Part shown: positions 54,401 through 64,000 of the stretch, one piece after another
How the letters are laid out: every line of letters begins with the position of its first letter
Numbering within the stretch: the stretch's first letter is position 1
Assembly: GCA_964016885.1 (NCBI GenBank)
Contig: OZ024741.1
Span: forward strand, 179,428,001 to 179,492,000
Direction: 5' to 3'
DNA from: Eledone cirrhosa
Taxonomy: Eukaryota
Length of the DNA stretch: 64,000 nucleotides
Notes under the pieces: generated by a model
Databases searched by the model: none
Told to the model about the DNA's origin: nothing
Seen by the model: only the letters and a program-made list of their open reading frames with translations
Program-made: the position numbers and the translations under genes

Positions 54401-57400
54401 TTATTAAACTACTAATACTATGGTAGTTTAATATTACTTAACTACTAGTATTGGTATAAAGTCAAGAAATTATAGTGCTATGGTAACTTAGTATTATTTA
54501 ACTACTAATACTGGTATAAAGTCTAGAATTCATAGTAGTATGGTGACCTAGTATTACTTAATTATTAGTTCCAGTATAAAGCCTAGAATTTACTACAGTA
54601 TTATGGTAGCCTAGTATTATTTAACTACCAATACCGGTATAAAGTCTAGAATTTACAGCAGTATCGTAACCTAGTATTAATTATTAGTACTAGTATAAAG
54701 TCTAGAATTTACTACAGTATTATGGCAGCCTAGTATTATTTAACTACCAATACTGGTATAAAATCTAGAATTTACTACAGTATTATGATAACCTCATATT
54801 ATTTAACTACCAATACTGGTATAAAGTCCAGAATTTACAGTAGTATAGTAACCTAGTATTAATTGTTAGTACTAGTATAATGTCTAGAATTTATTACAGT
54901 AGATGGTAGCTTAGTATTATTTAACTACCAATACCAATAAAGCCTAGAATTTACGGCAGTATAGTAACCTAGTATTAATTATTAGTACTAATTTAAAGTC
55001 TAGAATTTACTACAGTAGATAGTAGCCTAGTATTATTTAACTACCAATATTGGTATAAAGTCTAGAATTTACTATAGTAGATGGTAGCCTAGTACTATTT
55101 AACTACCAATAATAGTATAAAGTCTAGAATTTACAGCAGCATAGTAACCCAGTATTACTTAATTATTAGTACTAGTTTAAAGTCTAGAATTTACTACAGT
55201 ATTATGGTAGCTTAGTATTATTTAACTACCAATACTGGTATAAAGTCTAGAATTTACAGTAGTATAGTAACCTAGTATTAATTATTAGTACTTGTTAAGT
55301 CTAGAATTTACTACAGTATTATGTCAGCCTAGTATTATTTAACTACCGATACTCGTATAAAGTCTAGAATTTAGTACAGTAGAGAGTAGCCTAGTATTAA
55401 TTATTAGTACTAGTATAAACTCTAGAATTTACTACAGTATTATGGCAGCCTAGTATTATTTAACTACCAATACTGGTATAAAATCTAGAATTTACTACAG
55501 TATTATGATAACCTTGTATTATTTAACTACCAATACTGGTATAAAGTCTAGAATTTACTATAGTAGATGGTAGCCTAGTATTATTTACCTACCAATAATA
55601 GTATAAAGTCTAGAATTTACAGCAGCATAGTAACCTAGTATTACTTAATTATAGTACTAGTTTAAAGTCTAGAATTTACTACAGTATTATGGTAGCTTAG
55701 TATTATTTAACTACCAGTATTGGTATAAAGTCTAGAATTTACTATAGTAGATGGTAGCCTAGTATTATTTAACTACCAATAATAGTATAAAGTCTAGAAT
55801 TTACAGCAGCATAGTAACCTAGTATTACTTAATTATAGTACTAGTTTAAAGTCTAGAATTTACTACAGTATTATGATAACCTCGTATTATTTAACTACCA
55901 ATACTGGTATAAAGTCAAGAATTTACAGTAGTATAGTAACCTAGTATTAATTATTAGTACTAGTTAAGTCTAGAATTTACTACAGTATTATGGCAGCCTA
56001 GTATTATTTAACTACCAATACTCGTATAAAGTCTAGAATTTAGTACAGTAGTATAGTAACCTAGTATTAATTATTAGTACTAGTATAATGTCTAGAATTT
56101 ATTACAGTAGATGGTAGCCTAGTATTATTTAACTACCAATACTGGTATTAAGGCTAGAATTTACAGTAGTATAGTAACCTAGTATTAATTATTAGTACTA
56201 GTTTAAAGTCTAGAATTTACTACAGTATTATGGCAGCCTAGTATTATTTAACTACCAATACTGGTATAAAGTCTAGAATTTAGTACAGTAGAGAGTAGTC
56301 TAGTATTATTTAACTACCAATAATAGTATAAAGTCTAGAATTTACTACAGTAGATAGTAGCCTAGTATTATTTAACTACCAATACTGGTATAAAGTCTAG
56401 AATTTACAGCAGTATCGTAACCTAGTATTAATTATAAGTACTAGTTAAGTCTAGAATTTACTACAGTATTATGGTAGCCTAATATTATTTAACTACCAAT
56501 ACTGGTATAAAGTCTATAATTTACAGTAGTATAGTAACCTAGTATTAATTATTAGTACTAGTATAAACTCTAGAATTTACTACAGTATTATGGTAGCCTA
56601 GTATTATTTAACTACCAATACTGGTATAAAGCCTAGAATTTACAGCAGTATAGTAACCTAGTATTAATTATTAGTACTAATTTAAAATCTAGAATTTACT
56701 ACAGTAGATAGTAGCCTAGTATTATTTAACTACCAATACTGGTATAAAGTCTAGAATTTACTATAGTAGATGGTAGCCTAGTATTATTTAACTACCAATA
56801 ATAGTATAAAGTCTAGAATTTACAGCAGCATAGTAACCTAGTATTACTTAATTATAGTACTAGTTTAAAGTCTAGAATTTACTACAGTATTATGGTAGCT
56901 TAGTATTATTTAACTACCAATACAGGTATAAAGTCTAGATTTACAGTAGTATAGTAACCTAGTATTAATTATTAGTACTAGTATAAACTCTAGAATTTAC
57001 TACAGTATTATGGCAGCCTAGTATTATTTAACTACCAATACTGGTATAATATCTAGAATTTACTACAGTATTATGATAACCTCGTATTATTTAACTACCA
57101 ATACTGGTATAAAGCCTAGAATTTACAGCAGTATAGTAACCTAGTATTAATTATTAGTACTAATTTAAAGTCTATAATTTACTACTGTAGATAGTAGCCT
57201 AGTATTATTTAACTACCAATACTGGTATAAAGTCTAGAATTTACTATAGTAGATGGTAGCCTAGTATTATTTAACTACCAATAATAGTATAAAGTCTAGA
57301 ATTTACAGCAGCATAGTAACCTAGTATTACTTAATTATTAGTACTAGTTTAAATTCTAGAATTTACTACAGTATTATGGTACCTTAGTATTATTTAACTA

Positions 57401-60400
57401 CCAATACTAGTATAAAGTCTAGAATTTACAGTAGTATAGTAACCTAGTATTAATTATTAGTACTAGTTTAGTCTAAAATTTACTACGGTATTATGGCAGC
57501 CTAGTATTATTTAACTACCAATACTTGTATAAAGTCTAGAATTTAGTACAGTAGAGAGTAGCCTAGTATTATTTAACTACCAATACTGGTGTAAAGTCTA
57601 GAATTTACAGTAGTATAGTAACCTAGTATTAATTATTAGTACTAGTATAATGTCTAGAATTTATTACAGTAGATGGTATTATTTAACTACCAATACTGGT
57701 ATTAAGTCTAGAATTTACAGTAGTATAGTAACTTAGTATTAATTATTAGTACTAGTTTAAAGTCTAGAATTTACTACAGTATTATGGCAGCCTAGTATTA
57801 TTTAACTACCAATACTGGTATAAAGTCTAGAATTTTGTACAGTAGAGAGTAGCCTAGTATTATTTAACTACCAATAATAGTATTAAGTCTAGAATTTACT
57901 ACAGTATTATGGTAGCCTAGTATTATTTAACTACCAATACTGGTATAAAGTCTAGAATTTACAGCAGTATCGTAACCTAGTATTAATTATTAGTACTAGT
58001 ATAAAGTCTAGAATTTGCTACAGTATTATGGCAGCCTAGTATTATTTAACTACCAATATGGTATAAAATCTAGAATTTACTACAGTATTATGATAACCTC
58101 GTATTATTTAACTACCAATACTGGTATAAAGTCAAGAATTTACAGTAGTATAGTAACCTAGTATTAATTATTAGTACTAGTATAATGTCTAGAATTTATT
58201 ACAGTAGATGGTAGCCTAGTATTATTTAACTACCAATACTGGCATTAAGTCTAGAATTCACTACAATATTATGTTAGCCTAGTATTATTTAACTATCAAT
58301 ACTGGTATAAAGTCTAAAATTTACTACAGTAGATGGTAGCCCAGTATTATTTAACTACCAATAATAGTATAAAGTCTAGAATTTACAGCAGTAGATGGTA
58401 GCCTAGTATTATTTAACTACCAATACTGATATAAAGTCTAGAATTTAGTACAGTAGAGAGTAGCCTAGTATTATTTAACTACCAATACTGGTATAAAGCC
58501 TAGAATTTACAGCAGTATAGTAACCTAGTATTAATTATTAGTACTAGTATAATGTATAGAATTTATTACAGTAGATGGTAGCCTAGTATTATTTAACTAC
58601 CAATACTGGTATTAAGTCTAGAATTCACTACAATATTATGTTAGCCTAGTATTATTTAACTATCAATACTGGTATAAAGTCTAAAATTTACTACAGTAGA
58701 TGGTAGCCCAGTATTATTTAACTACCAATAATAGTATAAAGTCTAGAATTTACAGCAGCATAGTAACCTAGTATTACTTAATTATTAGTACTAGTTTAAA
58801 TTCTAGAATTTACTACAGTATTATGGTACCTTAGTATTATTTAACTACCAATACTGGTATAAAGTCTAGAATTTACAGTAGTATAGTAACCTAGTATTAA
58901 TTATTAGTACTAGTTTAGTCTAAAATTTACTACGGTATTATGGCAGCCTAGTATTATTTAACTACCAATACTTGTATAAAGTCTAGAATTTAGTACAGTA
59001 GAGAGTAGCCTAGTATTATTTAACTACCAATACTGGTGTAAAGTCTAGAATTTAGAGTAGTATAGTAACCTAGTATTAATTATTAGTACTAGTATAATGT
59101 CTAGAATTTATTACAGTAGATGGTATTATTTAACTACCAATACTGGTATTAAGTCTAGAATTTACAGTAGTATAGTAACTTAGTATTAATTATTAGTACT
59201 AGTTTAAAGTCTAGAATTTACTACAGTATTATGGCAGCCTAGTATTATTTAACTACCAATACTGGTATAAAGTCTAGAATTTTGTACAGTAGAGAGTAGC
59301 CTAGTATTATTTAACTACCAATAATAGTATTAAGTCTAGAATTTACTACAGTATTATGGTAGCCTAGTATTATTTAACTACCAATACTGGTATAAAGTCT
59401 AGAATTTACAGCAGTATCGTAACCTAGTATTAATTATTAGTACTAGTATAAAGTCTAGAATTTGCTACAGTATTATGGCAGCCTAGTATTATTTAACTAC
59501 CAATATGGTATAAAATCTAGAATTTACTACAGTATTATGATAACCTCGTATTATTTAACTACCAATACTGGTATAAAGTCAAGAATTTACAGTAGTATAG
59601 TAACCTAGTATTAATTATTAGTACTAGTATAATGTCTAGAATTTATTACAGTAGATGGTAGCCTAGTATTATTTAACTACCAATACTGGTATTAAGTCTA
59701 GAATTCACTACAATATTATGTTAGCCTAGTATTATTTAACTATCAATACTGGTATAAAGTCTAAAATTTACTACAGTAGATGGTAGCCCAGTATTATTTA
59801 ACTACCAATAATAGTATAAAGTCTAGAATTTACAGCAGTAGATGGTAGCCTAGTATTATTTAACTACCAATACTGATATAAAGTCTAGAATTTAGTACAG
59901 TAGAGAGTAGCCTAGTATTATTTAACTACCAATACTGGTATAAAGCCTAGAATTTACAGCAGTATAGTAACCTAGTATTAATTATTAGTACTAGTATAAT
60001 GTATAGAATTTATTACAGTAGATGGTAGCCTAGTATTATTTAACTACCAATACTGGTATTAAGTCTAGAATTCACTACAATATTATGTTAGCCTAGTATT
60101 ATTTAACTACCAATACTGGTATAAAGTCTAAAATTTACTACAGTAGATGGTAGCCCAGTATTATTTAACTACCAATAATAGTATAAAGTCTAGAATTTAC
60201 TACAATAGATGGCAGCCTAGTATTATTTAACTACCAATAATAGTATGAAGTCTAGAATTTATTATAGTAGATGGTAGCCCAGTATTATTTAACTACCAAT
60301 AATAGTATAAAGTCTAGAATTTACAGCAGTAGATGGTAGCCCAGTATTATTTAACTACCAATAATAGTATAAAGTCTAGAATGGTAGCCTAGTATTATTT

Positions 60401-61540
60401 AACTTCCAATACTGGTATAAAGTCTAGAATTTACTACAATAGATGGCAGCCTAGTATTATTTAACTACCAATAATAGTATAAAGTCTAGAATTTACAGCA
60501 GTAGATGGTAGCCTAGTATTATTTAACTACCAATAATAGTATAAAGTCTAGAATTTACTACAATAGATGGCAGCCTAGTATTATTTAACTACCAATAATA
60601 GTATGAAGTCTAGAATTTATTATAGTAGATGGTAGCCTAGTATTATTTAACTACCAATAATAGTATAAAGACTAGAATTTACTACAGTAGATTGTAGCCT
60701 AGTATTATTTAACTACCAATAATAGTATAAAGTCTAGAATTTACTACAATAGATGGTAGCCTAGTATTATTTAACTACCAATAATAGTATAATGTTTATA
60801 ATTTACAGCAGTAGATGGTAGTCTAGTATTATTTAACTACCAATACTGGTATAAAGTCTAGAATTTACTACAGTAAATGGCAGCCTAGTATTATTTAACT
60901 ACCAATAATAGTATAAAGTCTAGAATTTATTATAGTAGATGGTAACCTAGTATTCTTTAACTATCAATAATAGTATAAAGACTAGAATTTACTACAGTAG
61001 ATGGTAGCCTAGTATTATTTAACTACCTATAATAGTATAAAGTCTAGAATTTACTACAGTAGATGGTAGCCTAGTATTATTTAACTACCAATACTGGTAT
61101 AAAGTCTAGAATTTACTACAGTATTATGGTAGCTTAGTATTATTTAACTACCAATAGTGGTATACAGTCTAAAATTTACAGTAGTATAGTAACGTAGTAT
61201 TACTTAATTATTAGTACTAGTTTAAAGTCTACAATTTACTACAGTATTATGGTAGCTTAGTGTTATTTAAGTACCAATACTGGTATAAGGTCTAGAATTT
61301 ATAATAGTATATAACGTAGTATTACTTAATTATTAGTACTAGTACAAAGTCTAGAATCTAACGGGGTCGATAAAATAAAGTACCAGTAATGTACTGGGTA
61401 ATTGCTGGCCTTGTGCTAAAAGTAGAAACAATTATTTAACTACCAATACTGGTATAAAGTCTAGAATTTACAGTAGTATAGTGACCTAGTATTAATTAAT
61501 TATTAGTACTAGTTTAAAGCCTAGAATCTACTACAGTAGA
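54400..61540. repeat. ~7.1 kb satellite array of ~63 bp (A) and ~56 bp (B) monomers
   Basis: A: TCTAGAATTTACTACAGTATTATGGCAGCCTAGTATTATTTAACTACCAATACTGGTATAAAG; B: TCTAGAATTTACAGTAGTATAGTAACCTAGTATTAATTATTAGTACTAGTATAAAG; no ORF in the track. Confidence 0.98.
61361..61436 (+). mobile_element. Short-variant Nin-SINE 3' fragment inside the satellite
   Basis: ACGGGGTCGATAAAATAAAGTACCAGTAATGTACTGGGTAATTGCTGGCCTTGTGC.AAAAGTAGAAACAATTATT, nearly identical to 18535-18610. Confidence 0.93.
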
Positions 61541-62099
61541 ATGACAATCTGGTATCATCTAACAAGGTTCAAGTATTGTAGGAAGGCAAATGACTTCAAA
61601 TATTTAAATATATCAGGATTCACTACAGTAGTTTGGTTAATTCAGAAACATATTCTAATATCCAAATCAATAATTATAACACAGAACAAAAAAAACTAGA
61701 GAAAGAACTGATTGTAGATTAATTTTCTCCTAAAGTTCTAGGTTCGAGTTATCATTTGTAAAATAAACAAACCCGAAAGATGACAGTTAAAATAATTTGT
61801 TAATTTTTCAATCTTAAATGCCAAGAAATAAAGAGAGGGGAAACAGAGGGATAGATATAGATCGATAGAGAAATTCTGTGAGTGTGTGAGAGTAAGTGTG
61901 TTGTGGGCTTGTATGAGTATGTTTAGAAAAAGAAGAAAAACAACCAAAAGAAGGTCAGTTGTATTTTAAGGAATTGATAGAAGTTGAAGATGAATCTAGT
62001 TCTGTGGTATATAACAACTGAAGTAAAAGAATAAAATAAAGAAAAAACAACATGATAATAACAGATATGATGAAGAAATAGCAAAAATAATTAAACTAC

Positions 62100-62131
<32 letters not shown>

Positions 62132-62769
62132 CAGGATTTACACTGTTTATAGTAATTTGACATTCTCTTCTGCTAAATGTTAACGAAATTGCTGCCAAAA
62201 ATTTAAATTTACAAATCTGATTTTTTTCTTTTTCATTTTATATTATTTGGAAGGGGGAAGAAAAATTATGGAAGACATAGCAATGATGAATAGAAAGAAT
62301 ATTATTTTAATCAATGGTGTAAGAGAATTTCATTTTTCACATCTTCACTCAAGAAATAAGACAAGTCTATATTCTCTTGAAGAAGGCCTCGTTGTGAGTG
62401 GTAACATTTTGGCTTAGTGACCAGAACCAGACTTTAGCAAAGTAGGGTTAGGGTTTAGGTTTGAGTTAGTTTTTTTTTTTTTTAAATTTATTTAACAACT
62501 TCCTGGCTCTTTTATCTCAGGGCTTGGCACAAACATTTTGGAAACTACAGTAAAGTAACACCTTCAGCATTTTTTTTTTTCAAGATTCAGAGCAAAATAA
62601 ACCGATTCCATCAGTGAGAAAAAAAAAAAAGGTTAAATATTTCAACTGTCAGGCAGCCAAAAATTGACACAACGGAAATATTATTATCTGTTAAAACATA
62701 CAAATACTTCATTTTTAAAAACAACAACTCATAATAATAATAATAATGATGATGATGATGATAGTGATG

Positions 62770-62805
<36 letters not shown>

Positions 62806-63336
62806 GCTGATTGAGGTAATTCAGTCATGAGTGTCATTAGAAGCTCGCTGTAAGTGCATGTATGGATGTATGAAATATGACTGTGTAAGTGTACAAGTAT
62901 GTGTGTGCATGTGAAATTATGGTTTTTTTAAATTTCTCTAGATGGATTTGTCATAAATTGCTGAAGAATTTCTTTAGGAAGACTATTATTGTCTTTGGAA
63001 AGATGAATATAATGAGAGATGTGATAGCACCAGATTTGAAATGTTAGTAAGTGTTAGAAACAAAAATAATTCAATGGCAATTAAGAAACTTTGAAAAACA
63101 TATAAACTAGTAACATTGAAGTGTAATTGTAGTGTATTGCAGTAAGATTATAGTGTGATTGCAGTGTACAATTACTAAAGTGCTATAAAATAAACCCTTA
63201 CTCATTTTAGTCTGCCGACACACACATATACATACAAAGATTATATATATATACATATAACGAAGGACATCTGGTAAGGAAGCAGATGGACCATAACGCA
63301 CCAAAGTACTCAATACTTAGGGTAGTAGAGTGGGTA

Positions 63337-63462
63337 ATAGGAACGAGTAGGACCCCGACGGTTGAGCTCAAGCCGTTTCGACGGCTAATTCTAGACTAAT
63401 TAGTCCAGAATTAGCCGTCGAAACGGCTTGAGCTCAGCCGTCGGGGTCCTACTCGTTCCTAT
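63337..63462. other. 126 bp loopless near-perfect palindrome containing hammerhead 3' halves
   Basis: 63 bp arms with 2 mismatches, centre 63399/63400; right arm reads GAAA-CGGCT tgagctc AGCCG-TC-GGGGTCC. Confidence 0.9.
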
Positions 63463-64000
63463 ATATATATATATATATATATTTATATTTATGTATGTTG
63501 TATATGTGGATGTACATATATATATGTGTGTGTGCGTGCATGTGTAAAAATATTAGCTATTTCTGCCTTAACTAAATGCAGGAAAAATATAATCTAGAAG
63601 AAGAATGCAAACTACTATATTAGTAATAGATGTGTATACGAAAGCATATGATATGTTTATATATATTAAACATATACAAGTCCTGTTGTTGGTGTTTTAA
63701 GCTGTGATTATGTCACATATACCTCCTCACATGAGATAGCTGTGACATGATCACTGTTGAAAATACCTATAGTGAGACCAATATCCTTATTATACATAAT
63801 AATATTATATATGCTTTCATATACACCTCTATTATGAATCATGCTATGTTCGTGCTACTGACAATACTATATTAGATATACTGATATTTTAAACTGGTTT
63901 TTCATACTTGACACACACACAAATTGATTACTCAAATGAACTAGCTAATTAATCTAATAATTATAAATGTGATGTGTCGTTAGCTGCTAATGATGGATGT

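Noticed and set aside
54400-61540. CRISPR-like look: a constant block alternating with variable segments
   Set aside because: The variable segments are a few recurring, mutually related variants rather than unique spacers; there are no cas genes and the context is eukaryotic. It is a satellite.
62443-62460. Telomeric TTAGGG-like repeats
   Set aside because: Only two or three imperfect units.

Overview
AT-rich eukaryotic (animal) DNA in which I can recognise no host protein-coding gene. The repeat spectrum suggests an octopus or other coleoid cephalopod (inference): tRNA-derived Nin-domain SINEs with (ATT)n tails, abundant RTE LINEs with (GAT)n tails, and very long (TA)n microsatellites. The window has three zones. 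(1) 1-31 kb is a dense nest of retroelements: several RTE LINEs carrying a PHD-like Cys/His finger inside the RT, a near full-length two-ORF Tx1-clade element, a Penelope-like GIY-YIG fragment, a decayed CRE-clade element, Tc1/mariner remnants and SINEs. (2) About 31-53.7 kb has no recognisable LINE and carries minus-strand SINEs, MITEs, hairpins and microsatellites. (3) About 53.8-61.5 kb is a satellite that grades from ~30 bp units into 56/63 bp monomers, with a 1447 bp higher-order duplication. Most notable: an apparently intact type I hammerhead ribozyme (51251-51305); two long palindromes (51817-51900, 63337-63462) each centred where hammerhead stem II would lie; a chain of Tx1 and SINE copies inserted into each other's (ATT)n tails; and an RTE lineage with a second, apparently captured 3' end. 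All TE ORFs are disrupted or truncated. Coordinates were read by eye, so edges of degenerate elements are approximate.
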